64,000 nt of DNA from Octopus vulgaris (GCA_951406725.2 OX597819.1:94116001-94180000), one strand, 5' to 3'. Shown: positions 13,669 to 27,166, counted from the stretch's first letter. Numbers and translations: made by a program. Notes: generated from the letters alone by a model not told the origin.

Positions 13669-14234
13669 TTAATGTTTTTGCATGTTTTTATTACCCTTCT
13701 GAAACTCATCTTGGCAAACACACTTTAAATCTTAATTAAAGCCTCCCTTCAAAATTTTATGTTAATTTATGTTCCAAGGAGCAGTTTAATAATGGCCTGA
13801 GTATTTTACTGAACTCTTCATTCTTTGAAAAAATTAATTGAAATAAATGCAATGTATGTCAACAGAAAAATGGTAAGGAAAACATTAAATGGTTAGAATA
13901 ACTCCTGCATGGTGCAATTGTTTCAGTTTCAATACTCCGTCTTAGATCATGTTACTTGTCAAGCAAGTATAACTTCAGTACCCACACACACATATACATA
14001 CATGTGCACATGTTTTCACCATAAGAATTTATGGATAATCTAACAAATCACTAATGTGTATACATAAAATTAATACAGACAACGGTATGCAATGTTTACC
14101 AAAAAGGAAAACCATAATAGTCACTAAGTATGACTAAGGTGTTGGAAACTCCTACATTGCTAGAAATAAGGGCTGAAATGGTGTAATGGTGAAGTCAAAG
14201 CACATAATTGTACACACACACATATACATATATA

Positions 14235-14265
<31 letters not shown>

Positions 14266-14266
<1 letters not shown>

Positions 14267-14642
14267 GGAGTGGATGTGTGGTAAGTAGCTTGCTTACCAA
14301 CCACATGGTTCTGGGTTCAGTCCCACTGCATGGCACCTTGGGCAAGTGTCTTCTACTATAGCCTCAGGCCAACCAAAGCCTTGTGAGTGGATTTGGTAGA
14401 CGGAAACTGAAAGAAGCTCATCGTATATATGTATATATATATGTATGTGCATGTATATGTTTGTGCTTGACAACCGATGCTGGTGGGTTTACGTCCCAAT
14501 AACTTAGTAGTTCCGCAAAAGAGGCCGATAGAATAAGTACTAGGCTTACAAAGAATACGTCTTGGGGTTGATTTGCTCGACTAAATGTGGTGCTCCAGCA
14601 TGGCCACAGTCAAATGACTGAAACAAGTAAAAGAGTAAAAGA
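14266..14642 (+). mobile_element. SINE family A
   Basis: Colinear with 8926-9333. Confidence 0.9.
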
Positions 14643-14673
<31 letters not shown>

Positions 14674-14964
14674 TATGTAGTGAAGATACTTATGATAAGT
14701 GGGAAACAGTTGTGCTTTTGACACACAGACTCAAGGCTACAGAATTATTTCAACCTCCCAAATGAAACTATTTCACTAATGTCACATGTAATTTTATGAG
14801 TGATACGGCCACAACAAATTACCATTTGTTTTTCCATCTAAGATTTCATGCTTCTGCAAAAAAATCATATTAATATAGGTGCATGAAATGTGTTTATGCA
14901 AATATGTGTTTGTGTGTGCGTATATATATTGATGTATATATATGTATATATATATATATTGACG

Positions 14965-14995
<31 letters not shown>

Positions 14996-15693
14996 ACATA
15001 TATATATATATATATATATATTAATAGATATACGAGTGCATTATACAAGTCCATTTTTTCGTGACTTATGACTTATGGACTCTTAGATGACTTACACACA
15101 CACACACACATGCACACATATATATCATCATCATTTACCATCTCCTCTCCATGCATATATGCATTGATTCAAACATAAATACAAATACTTTTATAAGCAC
15201 ACTTACATATACAAACACATATGCAAAGGGAGAGAGGGAGGGAGAAACTGTTTGGAGATTGTTGTTTGTTTTGGGGGGAGTTTTGGGTTGTTTGTTTGTT
15301 TGTTTTTTGTTATATTTGTGAAAGAAAGTGATGTATTCTTCTAAGCTGAATTTAATCAAAGATGGCAGTCCTGACAAGAACAACCTTTATATTCATGGGG
15401 TGTGTTTTTGTACTGTTATGCCAGTTTGGTTGTGTATTTGTAACTGTAGATAGCATGTATTTTTGCACACTTATGCATTCTTTTATTCACTTGATGGTTT
15501 CAATCATTGAACTACAACCATTCTGGAGCACTACTTTCAAAGTCAATCAAATCAAAATGTTACTTAACAACATACACTTGATATAAGGCCTCTAGTGACA
15601 AAGAACACAGACCATACTGTTCCATTCTAGCATATCTCATGAATGCTGGATTTGTTTGGCTATCATGAGATGATAATATTATAATAATAATAA

Positions 15694-15695
<2 letters not shown>

Positions 15696-15724
<29 letters not shown>

Positions 15725-15783
15725 AAGAAGAAGAAGAAGAAGAAGAAGAAGAAGAAGAAGAAGAAGAAGAAGAAGAAGAAGAA
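15696..15783. repeat. (GAA)n microsatellite abutting (TAA)n
   Basis: Directly visible. Confidence 0.95.
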
Positions 15784-15810
15784 TAACAATAATAATGAAA
15801 TAAAAAAATA

Positions 15811-16906
15811 ACAGAAACATCCAGCGTTAATCTTGACCAGCAGAATGTCATAAAGAAATTAGAACCAGTGGAGAGCTACAAATACCTAGGGGTATTTGAG
15901 GGTGTTTGGCAATACTCAAAACAGAGCTGAATTCAAGAAACAGGATCGAAGCAATCAATACTTTAGTCATACCAGTTGTAGCTTACAGTTTCAATATCAT
16001 TTACTGAAATATGTAATCTTGACAGAAAAATATGAAAATTGCTGACAATGCATAGAATGCACCACCATAAGGCAAATTTAGAACGACTTTACCTGCCAAG
16101 AAAAGAAGGTGGTTGTGGACTTTTACAACTGAAATTAACAATGAAGATTGCCACAGTTGGTCTAAACACCTTCCTGAAAAACTCTGATGGCTGAATGTTA
16201 AAACTTGTCTTAAAGCATGAAAACAAGAAAACATCATACTCAGTAACAAAACTTGCAAAGGAATATCTAAGTGAATTCAAAATACAACAAATCCCAGAAT
16301 TAAACATACGGGAAATAAGCACAGAAAAAGCTAAGCATATGAAAACCTGTGCTAAAACTGCTGCCTAAGATATTCTTACTGATAAATATCAAGAAAAACC
16401 TCGCAATGGCAAATACCCAAAGAGAGCTAATAATGCCGATGTTGACAAAGTCCTTACACATCAATGGTTAGTGTATTCTGGCTTAAAATCAGAAACAGAA
16501 AGGTTTATCATTGCAGCCCAAGATCAATGCTTACCTACAAGGAGCTACCAGGTCAACATATTAAAGAATGGCAGTAGCCCAAAATGTCATATATGTAAAC
16601 AACAAAATGAAACCATTGATCATGTTCTCTCCATATGCAGGCTTCTTGCACCTACAGAGTATCTAAACAGGCACGATAGAGCAGCACTGTATATTCACTG
16701 GGTAATTTGCAAAAACCTGGACCTGCCTCATGATAAAAACTGGTGGAAACACAAACCACCTCTAGTGCTTGAAAATGATCATTTCTCACACCTCTGGAAT
16801 TTCACCATTCAAACTGCCAGAAAGATCAATGCAAATCGGCCAGACTATATATTGAAGGACTTCAGACAAAAATCATTGATATTACTGTCCCAATCGACAT
16901 AAATGT
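15811..16906 (+). mobile_element. Truncated, decayed R4/Dong LINE copy
   Basis: Colinear with ~19899-21075 of the long copy but with stops, indels and internal deletions; ORF 16471-16902 keeps CHICKQQNETIDHVLSIC and RPD. Confidence 0.9.
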
Positions 16907-16968
16907 CTCAACTGATACTTATTTTGTTGACTCTGAAAGGTTGAAAGGTAAAGTTGACCTCAGCGGAA

Positions 16969-16999
<31 letters not shown>

Positions 17000-17364
17000 T
17001 TAAAAAAAGAAAAAAAAAATCTTCGACGAAAACATCAGATAATATGTGTGAGTGAATATACATATATATACATATACATATGCATGTGGTGAAGAAGAAA
17101 AGAGAAAGGAAAAAAAAATAAATAAATAAACGTAAACAGGTTTGACCTTTTACTGACCATTAACGTCCTTTGTCTCCACCATCTACCGTGGCTATTTATA
17201 GACCCAAAGAACATGAATTCTTTAACCACCCATTCTCCAACACAATGGAGTGTTGATGGTGGCTGTGGCTACACATAAAACAATGTCATTGAAGATGATG
17301 ATGGTGATGGTGATGTTGCTGATGATGGTGATGGTGGTGAAGATGATAGTAATAACAATAATAA

Positions 17365-20300
17365 CTGACAGATCCTGTCTTTTTCCCTTTCTTTTCGTTT
17401 CCTTCTCCGTATTTTATTCTCATTATTTCGAACTAAAACAGACACAGTAAGCCTTGAAGAAAGGAAGAGGAGGAAAGGAAAAAAAAAAAAAAAAAATGTC
17501 CGGAGATAAAACTATCAACAAAAAAAATACAGACGAATATAGATCTGCTAGTCTTAAGAAGCGGCGCTATGAGCAATGCTTACACGTAGTGAACCCTAAA
17601 CTGACAGATCCATCTCCTAATATAAGAATGGATGCTCGTCATGCTTCAAGGTCAACAAATCAAACAATAAACCGCATTGGTCATTGCGCGGATTACAAAA
17701 GACCACGTACCCGAAAATTGAACCAAATCCTGATTGAAAAATCAGTTACTGGATCAAATCTTCCCAACACACAGGAGCTGGACGAACCCCACAACCGGAA
17801 TATTCCAACAGATGGCCATCCATGCTCATCACCAAATAATCAAAAGAAAAAGAAGGAAAAATGGTCTAGGGAAGATAATAAAGAAGTTCTTGAGGCCTTC
17901 TACCATGCCATATATTTCCCCACAGATAAGTCTAGCACTGTACAAGCATACTTAAACTGGAGACAGAAACACCCTGAAGTAAGACCCTACATAGACAGTA
18001 ACAAGCTTGCCAATGTTAGAAGAAACATTATAAAAAAGAAATTACTGACTGAAGTAGAGATTGATCAGGTTAGACAAGCAACATCGGATAAAATGAACGA
18101 AGCTGCAGCTGGAGAAGATAATACAGAGGAAATGATTATAGACCAGCCCAGGGCGGATAAAAACGAAGAGAGGATTGAAAGAGTTAGTATAAGTGATAGG
18201 CAAAGTGAAATACGCCCTGAACCAATCATAAACACTAAGACAGATGAGCATCAAATAGATAAAGAAAGTCACACAAATATTGACCCAACAGAACTACATG
18301 AGCTAAAAAATCAAATCATGATTGAATGGCTGAAAATTAAAGAAACCAGCATGGATGAGCGTGATACACTTCCTAAAATCCGCAACTCTAACCAAAACAT
18401 GAAAATAATTGGTAAAATCCGGCTTGCACTTAAGGATATAATTTCAGTTAATGATGTTGATATCACAAACCTCAACCACCTATACTATGCATCCGCGAAA
18501 ATCTCAACGATCCTATGTGGTGTAAAGATTAGAAAACGGCAACAGTCCCACAAAAAGCCTTCTTGGCAAGAGCGTCTGCAACAACAAATTAAAATATTTA
18601 GATCTGACATTGAATATTTGAAAAACCTTAAGGCTCACAAGATTACCAAACCTACAAAAACCCAAAAATTACTGAAAAAATACAATATGAAAACTATACT
18701 TGATATTGATGCCACCATAGAAACCATCAAACAAAAGGTATCTGCCAAAGCTGCCCGCATAGCGAGGTATGAAAAGCGTGTTAGATTTTTCAAGGACAAC
18801 AACATGTTCAAAAATAACATCAAGAATTTTTACAGGAAGATAGGAAAAACAGCGTTTACTGCAGGGTCTGTACCATCAAAAGAAGAAGTGCAGAGATTTT
18901 GGAATAAAATCTGGGCAGAAGAAAAAACACACAACGAAAAGGCCCCCTGGATTGACAGAATATCTACAGAACTGGACCCCTTAGAAGAGCAAAAGTGGGA
19001 GGGTGTCAAGGTAGAAGATATAAGATCTGCTCTCAGGAGGTCAAGCAAATGGAAGTCTCCAGGAAAGGATAAAATTCCTAACTTCTGGCTGAATGCCTTC
19101 CCAGAGAGCCATGAACTGCTAACAGAACTGTACAATGATGTTTTGCAACACCCTAGTAGGATGCCTCCTTGGCTAGTTAATGGGTTAACATTCCTGCTTC
19201 CAAAAAGTGAAGAAACAAATGAACCAAAAAACTATAGACCCATAACTTGCTTAACAACTATGTACAAAACACTAACATCTGTCCTGACGGAATATACCTA
19301 TAGTTTTTTAACAGACAGCAGCATATTCCCTAATGAACAGAAAGGATGTAAACGTGGATCCTACGGCTGTAAAGACCAACTACTCATCAATAAGATGATC
19401 TTAGAAGATTGTCACAAACGACACAAAAACTTATCAATAGCCTGGATAGACTATAAAAAGGCTTTTGATAGCCTACCACATAGCTGGATTAGGAAATGCC
19501 TTGAAATGTATAAGATAGCACCAACTCTGCGAAACTTCTTGACTGTAAGTATGAGATCATGGAGAACCACACTAACTCTGAACAGTGACAGTGAATCCCT
19601 AAATGCTGGTGATGTAAAAATTTCGTGTGGCATTTTCCAGGGTGACTCACTGTCACCACTCCTCTTTTGTTTATCCTTAATACCTCTCTCAAAGCTGCTC
19701 AATGACGCGCAGTACGGGTATAAAATGTTTGATAAAAATATAAATCATCTCGTTTACATGGATGATTTAAAGCTTTTGCAAAAAATGATCAACAACTCAA
19801 GGGCTTACTAGCGATAGTCAAACAATTCAGTGACGACATCAGAATGCAATTCGGCCTCGATAAATGTGCAAAGGCTACCTTTATCAAAGGAAAAATGACA
19901 GAAACATCTAACGTTAACCTTGACCAACAGAATGTCATAAAAGAACTAGACCCAGCGGAGAGCTACAAGTACCTAGGGATAATTGAAGGGAACGGAATAA
20001 GGCATTCAGAGATGAAGGAAAGGATCAGGAGAGAATGCTATCGAAGAGTGAGAGCAATACTCAAGACAGAGCTGAATGCAAGAAACAGGATCGAAGCAAT
20101 CAATGCATTAGCTATACCAGTCGTGACTTACAGTTTCAATATTGTTAACTGGTCAATTACTGAAATATGTCAGCTCGACAGAAAAATAAGGAAACTGTTG
20201 ACAATGCATAGAATGCACCACCCTAAGGCAGATACAGAACGACTCTATCTGCCAAGAAAAGAGGGAGGCCGTGGTCTTTTGCAACTGGCAATAACAATGA

Positions 20301-21557
20301 AGATTGCTACAATTGGCCTAGACACCTACCTGAAAAACTTTGAGGACTGGATGCTAAAACTTGTCTCAAAACATGAAAACAAGAAAGCATCATACTCAGT
20401 CACAAAACAGGCAAAGGAATATCTAAGTGAATTCCGAATACAACCAATTTCGGAATTAGAGATAGATATACAAGAAACAAGCACAGAAAAAGCTAGGCGC
20501 ATGAAAACCCGTGCCAAAACTGCGGCCTTAGATATTCTGAATAATAAATGGCAAGAAAAACCTCTCTATGGCAAATACCCAAAGAGAGCGAATAATGCAG
20601 ATATCGACAAAGCCCTGACCCATCAATGGCTAATGGCCTCTGGCTTAAAATCTGAAACAGAGGGGTTTATCATAGCAGCTCAAGATCAATGCCTACCAAC
20701 AAGAAACTACCAGGCCAACATATTAAAGATCAGAAGCAGTCCAACGTGTCGTGTATGCAAGCAACAAAATGAAACCATTGACCATGTGGTCTCCAAGTGC
20801 AGTCTTCTAGCGCCTACAGAGTATCTCAACAGGCACGATAGAGCTGCACAATATATTCACTGGGTAATCTGTAAAAACCTGGATTTGCCCCATGAAAAAA
20901 ACTGGTGGGAACACAAACCACCCCCAGTGCTTGAAAATGACCACATCTCACTCCTCTGGAACTTCACCATTCAAACTGACAGGAAGATAGATGCAAATAG
21001 GCCAGACATCATATTGAAAAACTTCAAACAAAGAACATGCCTCCTCATTGATATGACTGTCCCAATCGATATAAACGTATCTGTCAAGACCTACCAAAAA
21101 CTGAGCAAATATAAAGATCTTGAAATAGAAATCAGCAAAATGTGGAAGCTGAAGACTAAAACAATACCTGTTGTCATAGGTGCCCTGGGAATGATAGCAA
21201 AAGGGGCTGATAGCTACCTAACTCAGATACCAGGAAACCCAAAAATGGCAGAAGTTCAAAAGATAGTGCTCATGGGAACTGCTCATATCCTACGCAAAAT
21301 ACTCTCTATGTAATCTCAAGGTTTAAAACAAACATAATTTTCGGTTTAAAAAAAAAAAAAAAAACCTTTTTTTTTTTCTTTTTAGACATTCATTAGTACA
21401 ACATCCCCACCCCCCAAATATATGGCACACTAGGCATAACAACAACATGAACTTCCAACCCTGTTGTCTCTTGAGGTCTCTGGGTGAGACTTGGAGCCAA
21501 CTTGTACAAATATAAAGCAAAAGTCAAACATAGAATAATAATAATAATAATAATAAT
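17365..21557 (+). mobile_element. Apparently full-length R4/Dong-clade non-LTR retrotransposon (RT plus restriction-like endonuclease) inserted in (TAA)n
   Basis: The 5' flank is taataacaataataa and the 3' end runs into (TAA)n; single long ORF broken once; ~220-bp 3' UTR shared with the 43760 copy. Confidence 0.92.
17496..21313 (+). CDS. R4/Dong polyprotein: RT, CCHC finger and REL endonuclease (1-nt frameshift at ~19774-19777)
   Basis: KSPGKD, YRPITCL, WIDYKKAFDS, GIFQGDSLSPLLF, YMDD; CRVCKQQNETIDHVVSKC; RHD; RPDII...IDMTV...KLSKY. Adding one T to the T4 run restores DDLKLFAKNDQQL...RMQFGLDKC (about 1272 aa). The start codon is uncertain. Confidence 0.9.
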
Positions 21558-21643
21558 TTTGGCACAAAGCCAGCAATTACAGGGTAGGGGGTATTTTTTA
21601 GTAGCCAACATATATATAGTGTATTTTTTAATAATAAAATTTT

Positions 21644-22045
21644 CAGGAGTGGCTGTGTAGTAAGTAGCTTGCTATGAACCACATGGTTCCATGTTCAGTC
21701 CCACTGCGTGGCACCTTGGGCAAGTGTCTTCTACTATAGCCTCAGGCCAACCAAAGCCTTGTGAGTGGATTTGGTAGACGGAAACTGAAAGAAGCCCATC
21801 CTATCTATGTATATATATGTATATGTGTGTGTATATGTGTGTGTGTCTGTTTGTCCCCCAACATCGCTTGACAACCGATGCTGGTGTGTTTACATCCCCG
21901 TAACTTAACAGTTTGGCAAAAGAGACCAATAGAATAAGTATTATGCTTATAAAGAATAAGTCCTGGGGTCGATTTGCTTGACTAAAGGCGGTGCTCCAGC
22001 ATGGCCACGGTCAAATGACTGAAACAAGTAAAAGAGTAAAAGAGT
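21644..22045 (+). mobile_element. SINE family A
   Basis: Colinear with 8926-9333. Confidence 0.9.
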
Positions 22046-22155
22046 ATACAATAATTTTGACGATATATTCCAAAATTTAGTGCAATATTTCCTCCTAATC
22101 ATTATATTGCCAGTGAATGAACCATCAAGTACAACTCACTATCTTTTAACCACAG

Positions 22156-22394
22156 GTTTCACTTAGTTTCCGAGGTTCACCAAGACCATCACCCCGTCTC
22201 CGTCGAACAAGCAGTCGAGGAAGTACTCGTAGCAGTTGGCGCTTGAAACACAGAAAGAAGGAAGGTGACAAGACTAATCTAATGATTGACAGTCCATCCG
22301 ACAGTACAGATGAACTTGAAGACGATGTCTTTAGTAACAAGTCAATTTCTCCAATATACAGCCCAGGAACACCTAAATCTGCCACAAATCACAG
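22156..22394 (+). CDS. Cav3: Next internal exon of the Cav3 T-type calcium channel (II-III linker)
   Basis: Acceptor ttttaaccacag|, donor CAG|gtcagt; phase 0 start matches the previous donor. Reads VSLSFRGSPRPSPRLRRTSSRGSTRSSWRLKHRKKEGDKTNLMIDSPSDSTDELEDDVF..., paralleling the Ser/Arg-rich ...SLKRR..GER.SLL..acidic segment of vertebrate Cav3. Confidence 0.8.
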
Positions 22395-23258
22395 GTCAGT
22401 TGAATATTAATGATGCAATGTTTTTTTCTATGACCTCTCATTTTCTCATATAACACTCTCAATGTCTCATTTTAACTAATACGTTTTTGCTGGGTTTTTT
22501 TTCTCTTCCGTCTTCTCTAACTATCTACAAATAGCACAATGTTCTTGATATAAGTTCAGAAGTCTAGCATGATTGAGCTGCATTGTCAGTCATCTTGTTA
22601 TCTATGCTAACACCTTTCTGAACAATCTGATTAAATATGCACCTGACTAATATAAAAATCAATCTGCAGTGATGGCTTCAGCAACCTATATCTGAAGGTC
22701 CTGTTGCATTTCTAATTTTCATGTCTGTTATTAATCCCTTTATTTACCATCCTAATACAACAGGACCCTCTGTTAAACCTACTTTCATTATGCTCTCTCT
22801 CTCTCCCTCCCTTCCTCTCTCTCTCTCCCTCTTATACCATCTATTTGTTTGATCAACAAACTCTTCCTTATTCCGCTGTCTTCATTAGCGCTGAAAGTAA
22901 TTGCATCCATACAAATTTAGAATTACTGCATTCTTTTATATTCTATCATGAGTCGTCTTCATTCACCATCTCATAATATATGTATATGGATAATAAATAA
23001 ATTATAAGATAATCTTTACAATAATGGTGATGATGAGGTCTAACATCACAAGAGGGTCATGAGTTCACAGACAGAGTGCTTAGTCAATTAAACTGGCTCT
23101 AGACTATGATTGGTAGTTATTATTTCGTGCAGGAAAAATAAAAGAACAAGTTGCCCCCTGCGAGACTAATTTGAAAAATAAATTCAAGAGACTGAAAACA
23201 GTAAGACAATTACTTAAATACTCTACCTTTTCTTCTATTCCATCAATCTAAAATAGTA

Positions 23259-23332
23259 AATAATAATAATAATAATGATAATAATAATAATAATAATAAT
23301 AATAATATGAAAGCGGACGTTAAATGAATAAC

Positions 23333-23390
<58 letters not shown>

Positions 23391-23414
23391 GAAAACAGAC
23401 GTTAAATGAATAAC

Positions 23415-23454
<40 letters not shown>

Positions 23455-23493
23455 TGGAAAACGGACGTTAAATGAATAACAATAATAATAATG

Positions 23494-23541
<48 letters not shown>

Positions 23542-23612
23542 TGGAAAGTGGACGTTAAACGATGAATAATAATAATAATAATAATAATAACAATAATAAT
23601 AATAATAATAAT
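23259..23612 (+). repeat. Array of four ~25-nt RTE 3'-terminal motifs separated by (AAT)n
   Basis: atg(g)aaa[a/g][c/t][g/a]gacgttaaa at ~23307, 23387, 23454 and 23541; matches the RTE/SINE terminus at ~50371-50390 and ~30951-30970. Confidence 0.85.
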
Positions 23613-23761
23613 AGTTTCGAATTTAGGTGCAACACCAGTAAATTTGAGGTAATGAGGTAAGTAGGTACCATGAACTACAGTACTTCACTGGTACTTTACT
23701 TTATTGACCCTGGAAATTGAAAAGCAAAATCTATCTTGGTAGATCTGAATAATAATAATAA

Positions 23762-23952
23762 GGATAACAATTTGGAATAGAGTGCCCAGTAGAACTGTTA
23801 CAAAATGTATGCCTCCTTGGCACAGCCAGAATAATCAGGAAAGTATTAGATAGTTGAAAAGAACAGATAGCAAGGTACCATAGGCTGCAGGCAGCAAGCC
23901 CCACTATCCATGCAAGATTCCAGGAGTTCCAACACAACATAAGATAAAAAGA

Positions 23953-23953
<1 letters not shown>
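23762..23953 (+). mobile_element. 3' end of a second R4-clade LINE family, in (TAA)n
   Basis: Encodes FGIECPVELLQNVCLLGTARIIRKVLDS*, homologous to EVQKIVLMGTAHILRKILSM*; (TAA)n on both sides. Confidence 0.7.
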
Positions 23954-24019
<66 letters not shown>

Positions 24020-24022
<3 letters not shown>

Positions 24023-24388
24023 TCTTTTATTAGCCACAAAGGCTGAACACAAAACAAATAGGGACAATATAAGAGACAAGTGGACGGTTGAAATATGCCA
24101 TGTACACAATAAGTAACAAAAAAATAATAAAACAATTAAACAATAAAAATTCCCCAAAAGTGGGGAGCTCCTCACAGGGACAACCACAAAACCCACACAA
24201 CCTGGTTATTCTGACTGCTAGGTGCACGTCAGCAGGCGCCTCTCTCTCCTTCTCAATTCCTCCTGTTTACAAACAAAAGTTCAGTGTAGGCCCACTCACA
24301 TGAACCATCCTTGCCACATACCCCCAATTTTCAACAAATTTACTAGGGGACAGAACTTTCCTCTCTACCTTCACTTTCATTTTCAATG
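24020..24388 (-). mobile_element. L1/Tx1-type LINE 3' end between (TAA)n tracts
   Basis: The reverse strand reads LKMKVKVERKVLSPSKFVENWGYVARMVHVSGPTLNFCL* followed by a UTR ending aataaaagaaag; similar to the 41400-41500 end. Confidence 0.55.
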
Positions 24389-24390
24389 GC

Positions 24391-24448
<58 letters not shown>

Positions 24449-24492
24449 GGACCAGTCAGGCAGAACCCGTTACTATCATTTTATCATTATTA

Positions 24493-24534
<42 letters not shown>

Positions 24535-24536
<2 letters not shown>

Positions 24537-24840
24537 AAAAGCACCATTTGAGCATGGTTGTTGCCAGTGCCACCTGACTGGCTCCAGTGCTGATGTCATG
24601 TAAAAAGCACCATTCAAGCATGGTCGATGCCAGTACAGCCTGACTGGCCCTCATGCTGGTGACACGTAAAAAGCATCCACTACACTCTCAGAGTGGTTGG
24701 TATTAGGAAGGGCATCCAGCTGTAGAAACTTTGCCAGATCAGATTGGAGCCTGGTACGGCCTTCTGTCTTGCCAGTCCTCAGTCAAACCATCCAACCCAT
24801 ACAAACATGGAAAGCAGATGTTAAACGACGATGATGATGA
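24535..24840 (+). mobile_element. RTE-tail element (5'-truncated RTE 3' UTR or RTE-dependent SINE)
   Basis: gtaaaaagca..cactacactc..agtggttgg..ttaggaagggcatccagctgtagaaac...gttaaacgacgatgatgat, matching 50225-50417. Confidence 0.85.
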
Positions 24841-24869
24841 ATAGTAATGCTAATAATGATAATAATTGA

Positions 24870-25415
24870 TGCTCTGCTGCAATACCAGACAGTGGCTCTC
24901 ATGGCTTCCAATCTTAACTGATTGGAAGTGTTATCATGTACATTGTTTTGTCTTGGTATAAAAAATGGGCTACAGAAAATACTCTGCTCAATACTGCAGA
25001 TTTGCTTGACTTAACCAGTTGAGCATGTCCCTTGGTGACTGACAATATGCACATCTCTGATCATGAGCAGAAGTAGTGGGGGAGCATCAGAACCATGTGT
25101 TGAGAGGAATGGGGTTTGAATAATCCACCTCTGGAAACATGAATGTTTCGTCCATCATCCTTAAACAACCCTAATTCAAGGACCTTTTGAGCAGGATGGG
25201 CTACTCAACCTGAAGAAAATTCTAACTGGGCCTCTACTACAAGGTCATGTACTGTTTATCTTGATATAAGGACACCATATCATGCACATATGTTTGTGAT
25301 GTATGTACCTGTTGTACTGATATCAGACAGATAGTCGTGATGGGTGTATTGGGCTTTGTATATTTGTACCCCAGTGTCACTTTGATGGCATGCACTGCTC
25401 TTCACTCAATAATAA
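24870..25415 (+). repeat. Unclassified interspersed repeat ending in (TAA)n
   Basis: Sharp compositional block bounded by TAA/GAT tracts; no ORF; family not identified. Confidence 0.4.
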
Positions 25416-25482
25416 TGATGACGATGACGATGATGACGACAACGACGATGACGATGATGACAACAATGATGATGATGATGAT

Positions 25483-25972
25483 AGTAATATTCTTTGTGAT
25501 CATAATACCTTAGCAAAAGAATTTAACAAGCTCAGAAAATCTAAATCTTTGTTCATTGAAAAACTGTGGCATCTCAAGCCAGTTACAATATCAGTGATTG
25601 TAGGAGCACTTGGAATGATCGAAAAAGGAACTGGAAATTATTTGAGAATGATTACTGGCAAAATCCATGCAAGAAGTGCAAGAGATTGTTTTAACTGGGA
25701 CATCATAGATATTGAGAAGAGCATTGTCACTGAGAGACTAAGAATGATTACAACCTATATTATTTTTATTTTTTACCTTTGTTTCACTTTTTCGGGGTTT
25801 TTTGTTTTTTTGTTTTTTTGTCATATTACTTGACTTTGTAAGTGAACAATCTAGTGTGTTTATGTAAATGGCCTATCAATGTATACAGTGAGTTTCTTTG
25901 CTGTAGGAAGACACTTGGCAAGAAATGGAAACAAAATTGAAAGAAAACACAATAATAATAATAATAATAATA
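25483..25972 (+). mobile_element. 3' end of a third, older R4-clade LINE family
   Basis: Encodes KEFNKLRKSK..IEKLWHLKPVTISVIVGALGMIEKG, homologous to the REL C-terminus of the long element; ends in (TAA)n. Confidence 0.75.
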
Positions 25973-27166
25973 TATAAATAATTTTTACTTTTTACAGTAA
26001 TTAAACAGCAATTTTACTTTCAAACTAAAATTTTCATGCAACCAGCCTTGTTTCAAGAACTACTCATCAGTTTGTTGTAAATTTAATAAATAACTACTAA
26101 AAGGGATTCTTTTTTATGAACCCATCATCATAAGACTGCATTCCTTGGCTTTCAAACCAATGTTAGATTCAGGTTTTTCTAAAGCCAACATCATTAATAT
26201 TCAATAAGCTGAAGGCTACTCTTAAAAGCCATCATCAATGCACCAAAACATTTACAAACATCGTACTGAATGGTTTGCATCTCTTTATGTATGCCATGGA
26301 AATTTTTCTTTATCATCAAGGAAACATACTGGTAGAAAAATGGAGTAGGCAGTGTTGATTCTACTCTGGATACCATTGACAAATTAACAGGTTTACTTAT
26401 GCATATCACTCTAAGTAACCTGTTTGTATTGGCATAGTTTTACACATCAGTGATTAGATCATCATTTGGACTTGCTCTTATTGTTTAGCTCCCCATTAAC
26501 CCTTATGGTGCAGACTTTTAATTAAAGGTATTCCAATCAAGACTATCCTGTCTGTCAAGTGTTATCTAGGATTACACTATATAATCTGTCCTTTCTTTAT
26601 TTAACCCTTTTAATACTAACTCACTGAGACCACTTCTTGTTCTGATACAACTTTTCTCTTTTAAAGGGATCTAAATTAAAATCATCCATAAAAATTTTGT
26701 GTCAATTTATGTTCAAAACAACTGCTTGATAATGACAAAATTATATTATTAAATTCTTCGTACTTTTAATAGCAGTATATTTCACCAGAAATATGATGAC
26801 AAAAGGATTTAGATGATAGAGTGTGATTTTGAGAAAATTTGGCTGCTATTTCAAGCAGGACAAGTAACTATGTTAAGGCTCATTTTGACACTCAGAAAAC
26901 AAATCTTTGCAGTATTCCTTGAAGTAGGCTTCAGAGTAACAGGTGAAATAAATTTGATAATGGTTAAACTAATTGGCAATTTGTCCCGAATATATTTAAT
27001 ATCAAATCAACCTGTTAAATTGTCATCAGACATGTAATCAAGAATATCAGCAAAAGGATAAGTGATTTATTTCCTGAAATGCAGAATATTACAAGGTACT
27101 GACATCTACTTTAAAGGAAAGCTAAAGTAACAGCAAATGAATATCCTCGCCGATCGTCACTATTTT

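Noticed and set aside
23259-23612. CRISPR array
   Set aside because: Eukaryotic context, spacers are just (AAT)n, the repeat matches the RTE 3' tip, and there are no cas genes.
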